A program made the position numbers and the translations under genes. From positions 32,001 to 96,000 of the forward strand of contig JAWOCD010000039.1 in assembly GCA_046483985.1 (NCBI GenBank): a DNA stretch of 64,000 bases, in the 5' to 3' direction. The notes beneath the pieces are model-generated. The model searched no databases. It saw only the letters and a list, made by a program, of their open reading frames with translations, and was not told the DNA's origin. Numbering within the stretch: position 1 is the first letter of the stretch; each line of letters starts with the position of its first letter. This document shows, in pieces, positions 30,698 through 40,618 of the stretch. This DNA comes from Promethearchaeia archaeon. Its GTDB lineage: Archaea; Asgardarchaeota; Lokiarchaeia; Sigyniarchaeales; SOKP01.

Positions 30698-31645
30698 TCA
30701 CAGGAATTCTGTGAGATTTTTATGACCTTCTTCTCTTTTTCTTTTTTCCAAATACCTTCGAACAGCAGGATATTTTTCGGCTAATTCCTCTGGTGAAGGT
30801 TTATAGGTAATATACGGTTTATAAAATTGACCCACACTAACTGATTGTAAATTTTCCTCAATAATTTCTTTTAAATTCTCATTCATCTCAAATCCGTAAA
30901 AATGTCTATAGTTTCCTTTAGCACAAACTGCCGTGGTTCCATTCCCCATGAAAGGATCTAAGATCAAGTCTCCTGGCTTCGAAGAGAAATCAATACATCG
31001 GGTCACCACTTTTTCTGGTAATTTCGTGCTATTCTTTCTCTGCCCGGGTCTGTATTTCCTTGGAAGTTCCCAAACATCTTCGGGGTAATGGATAATTTTA
31101 TTGAAAAAATATTGATCCCCGTCTTTAACAAGAAACAAAATGTGATAATGAGAGGTGACAAATTTTTTCCGGGTAAATACTCCAAATTGATACTTCCAGA
31201 TAATATGGTTTACTAAGGTTAAATCTGTCTTTTTTATCGCCATCAAAACATCTAATAAATTTGTCCAACCCGAGAAAATATATGCAGAACCAGTATTTTT
31301 CATAATTCGGGGTAATTCTTTGATCCAATTAAGAGTAAATTGGTCATAATCCATCTCAACTTCATTGTATCCCTCCACGACAAATTTTTCATCTCTATTA
31401 TATTGCGAACCAATTTTATCAAAATCAATTCCAAACGGGGGATCTGCAATGACTAAATCTATAGAGGAATCAGGAAGATTTTTCATACCTTTAATACAAT
31501 TCTGATAATCAATATGATCCACATTTATATCAAATTCGGCATTATGGTATAACTCTTCCGTTTCCTTTTTATTCCAATCAAAATCGGGTTTGAAGTCCAA
31601 CTGAGCCATTCCCGCCTGGTATTTCTTTTTATGGTCTTCATTCAT
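30698..31645 (-). CDS. Orphan site-specific DNA methyltransferase (N6A/N4C, beta class)
   Basis: Motif IV IADPPF precedes motif I LDPFMGNGTT; no nuclease gene adjacent. Confidence 0.9.
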   Translation of the reverse strand: MNEDHKKKYQAGMAQLDFKPDFDWNKKETEELYHNAEFDINVDHIDYQNCIKGMKNLPDSSIDLVIADPPFGIDFDKIGSQYNRDEKFVVEGYNEVEMDYDQFTLNWIKELPRIMKNTGSAYIFSGWTNLLDVLMAIKKTDLTLVNHIIWKYQFGVFTRKKFVTSHYHILFLVKDGDQYFFNKIIHYPEDVWELPRKYRPGQRKNSTKLPEKVVTRCIDFSSKPGDLILDPFMGNGTTAVCAKGNYRHFYGFEMNENLKEIIEENLQSVSVGQFYKPYITYKPSPEELAEKYPAVRRYLEKRKREEGHKNLTEFL

Positions 31646-31798
31646 TATTTTTTAAACGTTCGAATTGTGAATAAGATGAATTTGGATTTAGATTAATTTA
31701 ATTCTCATATTAAGCAATTATTATCATATGATTTTTCAATTTAGCCGAGCCAAGCAAAAAGTTTTCGAGAGGTAAATAATATATTTCTCCTTGAAGGT

Positions 31799-33457
31799 CT
31801 AAATTCGAAATTTAAGGAGAGAATCAAAAAATCCCTCGGGTTTTTCATACCCAAGAAGATTGAGAATTGTTGCTGCGACATTTCCTAATGCTGGTTGTTC
31901 TATATCTTCTCTAATTATGTATTCCCCATCATATTTGGGATCAACGATTGAAAACATCACGGGATTGCACGTATGGGACGTTTCCCATTCTGGAGACATA
32001 TCTTCTAAATTGCCGTGATCTGCTGTGATTATTGAGACACCTCCCAATTCACTGACTTTTTCAACCACTTCCTTTACACATTCGTCAACCGTCTCTATTG
32101 CAATTTTGGAGGATTCAATGTTACCGGTATGCCCTACCATATCGCCGTTGGCAAAATTGACACGTAAAAAGGTAAATTCTTCACTATTTAATGCTTTTAA
32201 AACTTCGTCTTTTACTTCATATGCTTTCATTTTCGGATTCTCTTCTATCATCTCAGAAGGATCTGATTCGATCTCCACATATTTTTCATAATCTTTACAT
32301 ATATAGCCTTCATTATTTCCATTCCAGAAATAAGTTACATGACCATATTTATGAGTCTCAGCCGTTGCAAACTGCGAAACTTTTTCGGCACATAAATATT
32401 TAGTAATTGGGTCGTCGATTTTAGGAGGTTCAATAAAATATTTCTCAGGTATATGTGCTTGTTTATCATATTCTAACAACCCATAATACTCTACGTTAGG
32501 ATCACATTTCTTATCAAATGCGGAAAAGTTATCTTCGTCAAATGCTCGTGAGATTTGAATTGCTCGGTCCCCTCGAAAATTGAAAAACAGAACTCCATCT
32601 CCATTCTCCATTTTCCCGATTGGAAACTTCGCTTCATTAACAATAACAAATGAGGGAAGATATTGGTCACTGATTTCGTCCTCTAATTGCCGGGCGCTAG
32701 TAATTGCTCGCTCTGCAGACTTAAAGTAACCTTTATAACCTGGATATTTTTCTGGTATTCCGCATACATGAGCCTCCCATCCTCGCTGGACGACATCCCA
32801 ATCAGATTTATATCTATCCATGGTAACCCGCATTCTTCCTCCCCCGGATCCAATCCGATAAGTATAACCGGTTTCGTCATTTATTTTTTTAAGCTCTTTT
32901 TCCAAAATATCAATATATTCTAAAGCAGATTGGGAAGGAACGTCTCTCCCATCTAGTAGTGGATGGACGAATAATCGTTCAATTTGGGAATTTTTGGCCC
33001 CGTGCAATAATCCAATCAGATGATCGATATGGCTGTGTACATATCCGTCTGATAATAATCCGATATAATGGAGGGTTTTGTTGTTTTTATTAATCATATT
33101 TGTAAAATGTGTCCATTTTTTCATTTCAAAGAGTGATTTAGAAAAGATTGCTTCCTTTGCTAAAGTAGCCCTTTGTTTAATCATCCGACCTGAACCAAAT
33201 GCATTGTGCCCTACTTCTGAGTTTCCCATTTCATTATCAGTGGGAAGTCCTACAGCGGTTCCATGGGCTTTTAATTCAGTGTATAAATCTTTTTGAGGGG
33301 ATTCTTGTTGGATTTTATCTATATAAGGCGTATCTGCCAGATAATAAGCATTATACTCGTTTTGTGGACCTAAACCAACTCCATCCATGATAATAAATAC
33401 AAGCGGCCCGCTTCTTCTTGAAAATTCATCGATTTTTGCAAGCTCGAGTTTCGACAT
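31799..33457 (-). CDS. gpmI: 2,3-bisphosphoglycerate-independent phosphoglycerate mutase
   Basis: MGNSEVGH, SDGYVHSH, DGRD, NFRGDRA, ETHKYGHVT, NGDMVGHTG, TADHGN. Confidence 0.95.
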   Translation of the reverse strand: MSKLELAKIDEFSRRSGPLVFIIMDGVGLGPQNEYNAYYLADTPYIDKIQQESPQKDLYTELKAHGTAVGLPTDNEMGNSEVGHNAFGSGRMIKQRATLAKEAIFSKSLFEMKKWTHFTNMINKNNKTLHYIGLLSDGYVHSHIDHLIGLLHGAKNSQIERLFVHPLLDGRDVPSQSALEYIDILEKELKKINDETGYTYRIGSGGGRMRVTMDRYKSDWDVVQRGWEAHVCGIPEKYPGYKGYFKSAERAITSARQLEDEISDQYLPSFVIVNEAKFPIGKMENGDGVLFFNFRGDRAIQISRAFDEDNFSAFDKKCDPNVEYYGLLEYDKQAHIPEKYFIEPPKIDDPITKYLCAEKVSQFATAETHKYGHVTYFWNGNNEGYICKDYEKYVEIESDPSEMIEENPKMKAYEVKDEVLKALNSEEFTFLRVNFANGDMVGHTGNIESSKIAIETVDECVKEVVEKVSELGGVSIITADHGNLEDMSPEWETSHTCNPVMFSIVDPKYDGEYIIREDIEQPALGNVAATILNLLGYEKPEGFFDSLLKFRI

Positions 33458-33562
33458 AGTTTAAAAATTTAGTATAAAATAATTGGTTAATAATTTATAA
33501 ACAAGGTATAATTAAAAAGTTGCTTTTAATAAAAATAAAAGTAAGAATAACATCGAAATTAA

Positions 33563-34231
33563 TTACTCCGAATTTGAGACAGATATTGCTTTCTTTTTTA
33601 TGATGCCGGCAATTAATCCGACCACAGAAAGTGCCATAAACCCTATGAAGTAATTTCCCATGGGAATCGTAAACAACCCTTCTAACCTTACTAATACTAT
33701 CCCATTTTTATCCTCTATGGTTACTGAACTTTTTACGCCTTGAGTGTTATACTCCATCTCCAACGTATATTCAGATTTTCGTTTGATGATTTTATTTCCT
33801 CGTATTGTATATTCATTCGGTAAAATCTCACTTGCTTCTTCCAAATAATCCTCTGTTGGGGTGGGGATAAATATATTATCTGCATATTCTTCGGGTGATT
33901 TATCGAGAGAAAAAGTCTTGACTGTCCCATCTTTGGTAAAATCCGAGCCGTAATCAAAAAACTCAGTAACTATATTCCAGCCATAACTGGTTTCAACGAC
34001 ATCTGTAACCCGTATTCTGATTTGATCACCCTCGTTAAAACCCGGATCTACTCCGAACACTTTCTCAAAATTGTGGAGATTAAACTCCTTGATTTCCCAT
34101 GTGAATTGATCACCTTGACTAATATCTATCCCTTCGTTGGTTTGAGCATGGACATTTACAGTTAATAAGACTGTAAATAAATTTAGCATTAAAAACAAAC
34201 AAAACAACGTTTTTCTGTGATGCTGTTTCAT
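33563..34231 (-). CDS. Hypothetical secreted/membrane-anchored protein
   Basis: Signal peptide (VHA-Q), C-terminal IPMGNYF plus TM and KKK. Confidence 0.75.
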   Translation of the reverse strand: MKQHHRKTLFCLFLMLNLFTVLLTVNVHAQTNEGIDISQGDQFTWEIKEFNLHNFEKVFGVDPGFNEGDQIRIRVTDVVETSYGWNIVTEFFDYGSDFTKDGTVKTFSLDKSPEEYADNIFIPTPTEDYLEEASEILPNEYTIRGNKIIKRKSEYTLEMEYNTQGVKSSVTIEDKNGIVLVRLEGLFTIPMGNYFIGFMALSVVGLIAGIIKKKAISVSNSE

Positions 34232-34321
34232 TTCTATTTGCTTTTATTTCTAATTGACTAGGTTTTATAATTGTTTAGTATTATTATTTTTTATTTTTTC
34301 TCCTTAAAAGAAGTTTTTTAT

Positions 34322-34754
34322 CATTAAATGCAAAAGAATACCCCGTCCTTTAGGGCGAGGATGAATTTTTCCCTAATTTTAGCTTGAGAACCGCATTAAC
34401 GAAAAGATTTAAATAATGGAAACACTATATACTATGTATGTTTCCGATTAATCCTTTAGAATTGAAACCAAATAAACAACAACATCGGATTCAAAAGATT
34501 AAGCTGGTCAGAAGTGGTGCTCTCTGGAGCTTATCTAATTATTACAGAAGACAATCCTTTTTCGATAAGGATAAAGAAGTTTCATTCCATAAAGAGCAAT
34601 ATTACGACTTAAAATACCACGAACTCTATAAAGAGTTAGGCTCTTCGTATTCTCAACAAATATTTAGAAAATTGGACAAATCGTGCAGGGGTAGGGAATG
34701 CGGATATCGAAATGACCGAGATGAATCTCATGCCTTTAGGCGTGTGTGGTTCAA
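34322..34754 (+). mobile_element. tnpB: Internally deleted IS200/IS605 TnpB element with both ends
   Basis: TTTAT target, then left hairpin CCCCGTCCTTTAGGGCGAGG. ORF 34438-34758 has the TnpB N-terminus (LELKPNKQQ..ALW..NYYRRQ.F..SQQI.RKLDKS) fused to a CGYRNDRD zinc-finger piece. Right end GAATCTCATGCCTTTAGGCGTGTGTGGTTCAA. Confidence 0.85.
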
Positions 34755-34822
34755 GTGACTTCCTCATATCTCTATATTAAAAAACATTTAAATTAAAATT
34801 AAAAAATCTCAAATTGATATAA

Positions 34823-36232
34823 ATGAAAAACAAAAAAATTGCATTCTTATCGGCTTGTGAAATGCGTACCAAAATCAAGAATCAAGAATTAAGTTCCCAA
34901 GAGATTACAGAAGTAATTATCAACCAGATTCAAGAGAAAAACCCCGTCATCAATGCCTTTTGTACTTCCACATTTGAATTAGCCCGAATCATGGCAAAGG
35001 AATCAGATCTTAAGATAAAACATGGAAAAGACCTTGGAGTTTTAGAAGGGATACCTATTTCAATTAAGGACGGAATGGAAACAAGAGACATTAGGACAAC
35101 TTTTGGGTGCAAGATTTATGAAAATTATATTCCGAAAGAGGATGAGATTGCGGTACAGCGTATTAAAAATGAAGGGGGTGTCATCTTAGGAAAGACAAAT
35201 ACTCCCGCCTTTGGGTTTCAGCCTGTGACCGATAATTTAATATTTGGACAAACGAAAAATCCGTGGAATTTAGAAAAAACCCCAGGGGGTTCCAGCGGTG
35301 GGGCAGCTGCACAAATCGCTTCTGGGATGGGCCCCTTGGCATTAGGATCGGATGGGGGCGGGTCCATCCGTCTTCCCAGTAGTTTATGCGGGATTTTTGG
35401 GTTTAAACCGACATTCGGCAGGATACCTCGCTATCCGCCACACGGAGTTACATGGGATACATTAGATCATTACGGTCCGTTAGTACGTTATGTCGAAGAT
35501 GCTGCCCTCATGATGGATGCACTTGCGGGTTACTTCCCGGGAGATAGACATTCAATTCGGAGTCAAACGGAGAGTTATTTGGACTCCTTAACTGAGAAAC
35601 CCCCTAATTTAAGAATCGGCACTTCGATGGACCTTGGGTTTGTGAAGGCACTCGATCCCGAAATTGAAGAAACGGTTCTATCCTCCGCCCAAAAATTCAC
35701 TCAGTTTGGATGGGATGTAAATGCCGTGAAGCTGAAGCTTCACAGAGCCGAACTCTGTTTTAACACATTGGTCACCTCTGGGTTTGCCTATGATCTTAAT
35801 TTAAAGAAACATGAGGATATTTTGGATGAGAATTTGGTTAAAATGATAAAAGCCGGACAAACCTATTCTGGAACGGATGTAAAACGAGCGGAGGCGCAGA
35901 GGCAGAAGATTTTTGAAGAGGTTGCTAAGGTATTTCAAGAAATCGATATTTTGATCACACCTACCACGGCATGTACAGCTTTTGACTTAGGGATGATGTA
36001 TCCTCCGAAAATAAACGGAAGGGGAGTCTCCCCCGTGGGATGGATGTCCTTTACCTTTCCGTTCAACCTTACTGGGAATCCAGCCGCGACTATTCCATGT
36101 GGGTTTTCTGAAGACGGACTGCCCATTGGAATGCAACTCATCGGAAACCGGTATGCAGATCGATTCGTATTACAAGTGTCGAAAGCTTTTCAAGACATCG
36201 CCCCTTGGCAGGAGAAAAAACCCAACTTTTAA
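34823..36232 (+). CDS. Amidase signature family protein
   Basis: GIPISIKD, GKTNTP, PGGSSGGAAA, GSDGGGSIRLP, FTFPFNLTGNPA. Confidence 0.92.
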   Translation: MKNKKIAFLSACEMRTKIKNQELSSQEITEVIINQIQEKNPVINAFCTSTFELARIMAKESDLKIKHGKDLGVLEGIPISIKDGMETRDIRTTFGCKIYENYIPKEDEIAVQRIKNEGGVILGKTNTPAFGFQPVTDNLIFGQTKNPWNLEKTPGGSSGGAAAQIASGMGPLALGSDGGGSIRLPSSLCGIFGFKPTFGRIPRYPPHGVTWDTLDHYGPLVRYVEDAALMMDALAGYFPGDRHSIRSQTESYLDSLTEKPPNLRIGTSMDLGFVKALDPEIEETVLSSAQKFTQFGWDVNAVKLKLHRAELCFNTLVTSGFAYDLNLKKHEDILDENLVKMIKAGQTYSGTDVKRAEAQRQKIFEEVAKVFQEIDILITPTTACTAFDLGMMYPPKINGRGVSPVGWMSFTFPFNLTGNPAATIPCGFSEDGLPIGMQLIGNRYADRFVLQVSKAFQDIAPWQEKKPNF

Positions 36233-36368
36233 TTATTACAAAATGCAGCTTCTGTTTTTCTTCTCTTCTTTAATAAAAAATAAAAAATATCTTTAAAAGC
36301 AAACCTTTCCCAACACAAATTAATTACCATATAAATTCAATAATATATTTAAAGTGTTGAAAAATAAT

Positions 36369-37031
36369 ATGAGCAAAGAAGAAAGAACAATTGGGATACC
36401 ATTAATAGGTGATGAGTTCCCAACCATGAAAGTGAAGACGACACACGGGGATATGTTCTTACCGGATGACATGACCGAGAATGGAAACAAATGGTTTATC
36501 TTGTTCAGCCATCCCGGTGATTTTACACCTGTTTGCACCACCGAATTTTATGCGTTTTCCACCCGATATGAAAAATTTCAAGAACTGAATTGCAATCTTA
36601 TTGGTCTCTCTATCGATCAAGTCTTTGCACATATAAAGTGGGCAGAGTGGATAGAAGATAATCTCGATCAAAAGGTTCCTTTTCCAATCATTGCCGATCA
36701 TGGTGAAGTAGGAAAAAAATTAGGCATGATTCATCCGGGACAAGGCGCAAGTACCGTGAGGGCTGTATTTTTAGTTGATCCAAAGGGCGTAATTCGCATT
36801 ATCCTCTATTATCCCAAAGAATTGGGAAGAAATTTGGATGAAATCGAGAGAATCGTCAAGGCAATGCAGATTGCTGACGAGGAGTCCGTAGCAATGCCGG
36901 CGGATTGGCCAAATAACCAGTTAATAGGTGATGAGGTTATTCTCCATCCTGCAAGTGATGTGAAAGCCGCCGAAGAACGAAAAGGGAAGGAAGGCTGTTA
37001 CGATTGGTGGTTCTGCCACAAAAAAATCTAG
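36369..37031 (+). CDS. Peroxiredoxin (archaeal Prx6 type)
   Basis: [23 protein letters not shown]-terminal CYDWWFC. Confidence 0.95.
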   Translation: MSKEERTIGIPLIGDEFPTMKVKTTHGDMFLPDDMTENGNKWFILFSHPGDFTPVCTTEFYAFSTRYEKFQELNCNLIGLSIDQVFAHIKWAEWIEDNLDQKVPFPIIADHGEVGKKLGMIHPGQGASTVRAVFLVDPKGVIRIILYYPKELGRNLDEIERIVKAMQIADEESVAMPADWPNNQLIGDEVILHPASDVKAAEERKGKEGCYDWWFCHKKI

Positions 37032-37136
37032 AATATTAAATTTTAAGAAGTTAATTATTTTTTTTCTTTATTACATTAAAGACCTAAGAGAAGGGGCGGA
37101 CATTATTCTATTTTATTTTATTCCTTTACGGGAGAT

Positions 37137-38225
37137 CTAAAAGGTCTTCTTATTTGTTGTAGTGATATAACAAGAATCGCCGATGGTAATATTATTTTTG
37201 ATTAAATCCTCCAAGATGGAATAATCTCCGATAATACTTTCATTTGCAATAATTTTCTTGAGCTGTGCTCCATCTCCCACCACGGATTCCGTAAGAATAC
37301 ACTTTTTAATGGTAACATCATTCCCAATGGAAACATTGGGTCCAATGATGGAATCAACTATCTTTACATTACTTCCTAAAGCGACTGGGGGCACGATTCG
37401 CGAATCTACGATATTTCCATCCTTAAATAACTGTTCGTAAAGGGGGTCGGATAGTTTAAGATCTGCTAAAAGGTGACGGTGCCCATCGAGAAGGCTATCT
37501 GGTCTTCCAACGTCTAAAACCTCATCTTTCATTTCATTTACTTTTAACTTAAATCCTTCCTTAATTAATTGCTCTATCACTGGAGTGAGTTGATGCTCTT
37601 CTCCGTTTTCCAACTCGATTTTACTCTGCTCTTCTAACAGTTCAAATAATCTTCCAGACATACTCTCTCCGAATAGATAAGCTCCGGAAACCGCATAATT
37701 TGATTTGGGATGTTGAGGTTTTTCTTGTATTTCTTTAATATATCCTTGTTCGTCCAAGACGGTTACCCCGTAAAACTGAGGGTTGTTAACTTCTTTCACA
37801 TTGATTATTCCATCGCATTCTTTTTGATGGTAATTGAGCAAAATGGAACTGTATTCTTCCATAGGAAGCCGATCACTCAAAAATATAAAGCAATCATCGT
37901 GTTCGGCGAATTCACGGGCAAGTAAAATCGCATCTCCGAGGCCAGAAAAATAGGGTGTTTCATTATCGTATCCTCGGGGCTTTTGTTCCCGAAATTGCAT
38001 ATTAAAGTAATCGCTGTAGTGTTCAATAAGATATTCGGTAATTTGCCGTTTTTTATACCCGACAATAAATACGATATTGGTTCCTTCTGGAAAGGTTTTT
38101 TTCAATTTTTCCAAGATATGATCAATTAACTTCTTTCCTGCAACTTTTATAAAGGCCTTCGGTTTAGAAAAGGTAAACGGCATCAAACGGGTACCTACTC
38201 CCGCAATCGGACAAATTAACCACAT
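37137..38225 (-). CDS. Sugar-phosphate nucleotidyltransferase with left-handed beta-helix tail (glucose-1-phosphate thymidylyltransferase-like)
   Basis: PIAGVGTRL.P.T...PK, GLGDAI, EKP, SIIGPNVSIG hexapeptide repeats. Confidence 0.88.
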   Translation of the reverse strand: MWLICPIAGVGTRLMPFTFSKPKAFIKVAGKKLIDHILEKLKKTFPEGTNIVFIVGYKKRQITEYLIEHYSDYFNMQFREQKPRGYDNETPYFSGLGDAILLAREFAEHDDCFIFLSDRLPMEEYSSILLNYHQKECDGIINVKEVNNPQFYGVTVLDEQGYIKEIQEKPQHPKSNYAVSGAYLFGESMSGRLFELLEEQSKIELENGEEHQLTPVIEQLIKEGFKLKVNEMKDEVLDVGRPDSLLDGHRHLLADLKLSDPLYEQLFKDGNIVDSRIVPPVALGSNVKIVDSIIGPNVSIGNDVTIKKCILTESVVGDGAQLKKIIANESIIGDYSILEDLIKNNITIGDSCYITTTNKKTF

Positions 38226-38382
38226 ATTATTATTGAGTAAACTTTTAAGGGTTTATCTAAGTGTAATGATATTGTATAGATCGATTTAATGTTTAATTCC
38301 TTTTTGATTTTTCTAAAGGCAATTATGAAGACTTTCCAAATTCTTAATTAATACTATAGTTTTTTGTAATAATAATTTTTAT

Positions 38383-38472
38383 TGATAATATCCATGGTCC
38401 TTTAGGGGGAGGATGATTTTTGCCCTAATTTTAGCCTAAGAAAAGTATTAACCAAAAAATTTAAATAACAAA
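38383..38472 (+). mobile_element. IS200/IS605 left-end relic
   Basis: GTCCTTTAGGGGGAGGATGATTTTTGCCCTAATTTTAGC..ATTAAC.AAAA.ATTTAAATAA aligns with about 34345-34416; TTTAT at 38378-38382. Confidence 0.75.
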
Positions 38473-38506
38473 ATATATCTCCAAAATGGATCTACTAAAT
38501 CGGAGA

Positions 38507-39064
38507 TTAGAATACCTCTATTATCTCTTTTAACATCTTATAATATTTGGCTTCTTTAAGCTTTTCGCGAATAATTTTCTTCAATTTTCTTAGATAATAA
38601 TTGTCTGAGCTATTTCTCTTTCTTCCGTGAAGTTTTTTGGTAACCGCGATTCTGATTTTCTCTTCAACGAAATCTGGTGGAATAAGCTTAAAATCTTCTT
38701 TCAATTGTGCTTTTCTCTCTTTCAAGCCATCTTCAATCATCCTCTCCGAGGGCTCTTGCATTTTGTTATACAAGTTCTTTATCCATATCTGGAGTTTATC
38801 GATATCGCCTTTGAGATATGTTCTCTGATTGAGCCATTCCTTAAATCCCGCTACGTAATTCAAAAACTCATCATCGTATTCTGTTTGGCCCGTTTTCTTA
38901 CCACCTTTTTGAGGGGCAGGTGATTGATGATGTATTATTTCCCGGATCTTTTTTAGTTTTGCCTTCTTTAAAACTTCTTCATCCTTATCTTGGCGTTCTA
39001 TCTTATCTTTTTTAGCATTTTTGCTTTTTTCCTTTTCTTCTTTAATCCATTTGTCGATTCCCAT
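38507..39064 (-). CDS. Hypothetical Lys/Glu-rich helical protein
   Basis: 185-aa ORF with ATG start and no recognised motif. Confidence 0.7.
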   Translation of the reverse strand: MGIDKWIKEEKEKSKNAKKDKIERQDKDEEVLKKAKLKKIREIIHHQSPAPQKGGKKTGQTEYDDEFLNYVAGFKEWLNQRTYLKGDIDKLQIWIKNLYNKMQEPSERMIEDGLKERKAQLKEDFKLIPPDFVEEKIRIAVTKKLHGRKRNSSDNYYLRKLKKIIREKLKEAKYYKMLKEIIEVF

Positions 39065-39199
39065 TTTTCATTTTTTTGAATGTTAGCTAAATCATTTAAT
39101 TTTTTATTATGGATTTAACAATTTTCTTGCCGTTCTTCATAACTTTTTGTTTTTAATAAACATAATTTAATAATTTTAAATTCTATACTATTCTTGAGC

Positions 39200-39970
39200 A
39201 TGAAAGAAGCAATTATATTTGATTTTGGATTTACTTTATTCTATTTTGAAAATGCTTCCCTTGAGAAATATTTGAATTGCTTTCGTGAGGGCTTAGAAGA
39301 GGTGTTATCCTTTTTAAAAATGCACAATATATTAGCATCGGAAAAAGCAGAAGAAAAATTTCGTGTTCTCTTTACTTCATCTCGTAAACGATATTTTTCT
39401 CTTATAGAGAAAACAAATAGAGAATATAGAACTTCAGATCTCATTTCTCTTGTCTTAAAAAAATTAATTGACCTTCAACTAATTGAAATTTCGCTCGATT
39501 CGGTCGACCAATTAACGGCTAAATTGGCGAATATTTTTCATTCATATGAAGCAAAAGCGTGGCATCCATATGAAAACACCAGAGAAACTCTCGAGGAAAT
39601 TAAGGAAAAGCATAATATAAAACTCGCTGTGTTATCTAATCACCCCCATCATGAAATGATTTATAATTTAATGGCACACTATAATTTACTCCATTATTTT
39701 GATGTAGTTATTACATCAGCCAAAGTGGGGTTTAGAAAACCTCACCAAAAGATTTTTTATTTTACTCTTAACCAATTGGACCTCTCTAAGAAGACTAAAT
39801 CTTGTGCAATCTGTGGAGATGAATATGCAGATATCGTAGGAGGAAGAAGGGTGGGATTAGAAACCATTCTATATGAAAGAACCTATAAATTTCCTGTTGA
39901 AAAAGAGATCAAAGGAACGAATTATATTCTAATTAAGGATATTTCTGAAATCTTAGACCACCTAAATTGA
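39200..39970 (+). CDS. HAD-superfamily hydrolase
   Basis: IIFDFGFTL, LSN, KP..KIF, GDEYADIVG. Confidence 0.88.
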   Translation: MKEAIIFDFGFTLFYFENASLEKYLNCFREGLEEVLSFLKMHNILASEKAEEKFRVLFTSSRKRYFSLIEKTNREYRTSDLISLVLKKLIDLQLIEISLDSVDQLTAKLANIFHSYEAKAWHPYENTRETLEEIKEKHNIKLAVLSNHPHHEMIYNLMAHYNLLHYFDVVITSAKVGFRKPHQKIFYFTLNQLDLSKKTKSCAICGDEYADIVGGRRVGLETILYERTYKFPVEKEIKGTNYILIKDISEILDHLN

Positions 39971-40006
39971 ATTCCTTGTTCTATTTATTGAGGATTTTGA
40001 TAAAAG

Positions 40007-40110
40007 TGGTCTGGGGGGGATTTGAACCCTCGATCTCCAGTAAGAAATGCTCCCATTTCTTAAATCTGGCTCCGCAAGCCAGCGCCCTATCCATACTGGA
40101 CTACCAGACC
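40007..40110 (-). tRNA. tRNA-Arg(GCG) with a 29-nt intron at non-canonical position 45/46 (intron 40035-40063)
   Basis: GGTCTGG acceptor, GTCC/GGGC D-stem, CTGGC-TTGCGGA-GCCAG anticodon arm, GAGGG-TTCAAAT-CCCCC T-arm. Removing the BHB-flanked insert gives 75 nt with a 5-nt variable loop. Confidence 0.88.
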
Positions 40111-40175
40111 AATATTTTCAAATTAAATAACCTAAATGGAGTAATATTAAAAGAAAAAAATAGTTTTTCTTTTAT

Positions 40176-40456
40176 CAAAAAAGCAAATGAAAACTCTCAT
40201 CCTTAGGATGGAGATGAATTTTGCTTTAAAATCACTAAATATCTTAGGACCATTTTTTGAAATAGGTCAATATCTCACTTATAATTATGTTTTGGACTAA
40301 TACCTTAGAATTGAAACCTATGAACCAATAACAATGGATTCTCAAAGAACTCTAAGTTCGGAGTAGTGCTATTGGACCTGGGCTAACTATTACAGAAGAC
40401 AAGCCTTTTTTGAAAAAAATAAAGAAGGGCCATCCTATATAGAGCAATATCACTAA
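40176..40456 (+). mobile_element. IS200/IS605 relic: left end plus degraded tnpB 5' part
   Basis: TTTAT|CAAAAAAGCAAATGAAAACTCTCATCCTTAGGATGGAGATGAA. From ATG 40287: MFWTNTLELKP..*QWILKEL*VRSSA../ANYYRRQAFF, homologous to the 34438 ORF, with stops and a frameshift. Confidence 0.82.
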
Positions 40457-40618
40457 AATTGATATGTGTCATAGCAAAGTTAACCCTACTGATGAAACCT
40501 TTCTCTACTCTGAATGTATATACTTCGTAATTATAAAAAGAAACAGGAAATTATCTACTTTAAATAGGATTCATTTAGGAAATTTAGAAGAATAAACATT
40601 TATGAATAGTGATTTATC

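Noticed and set aside
34823-36232. Calling the amidase gatA
   Set aside because: No gatB/gatC adjacent, and the sequence fits general amidase-signature enzymes
39967-40206. 79-aa ORF in the track
   Set aside because: Antisense shadow of tRNA-Arg plus an IS end
40489-40513. CTGATGA...CTGA resembling half of a C/D box sRNA
   Set aside because: No second box pair or terminal stem and no identifiable target
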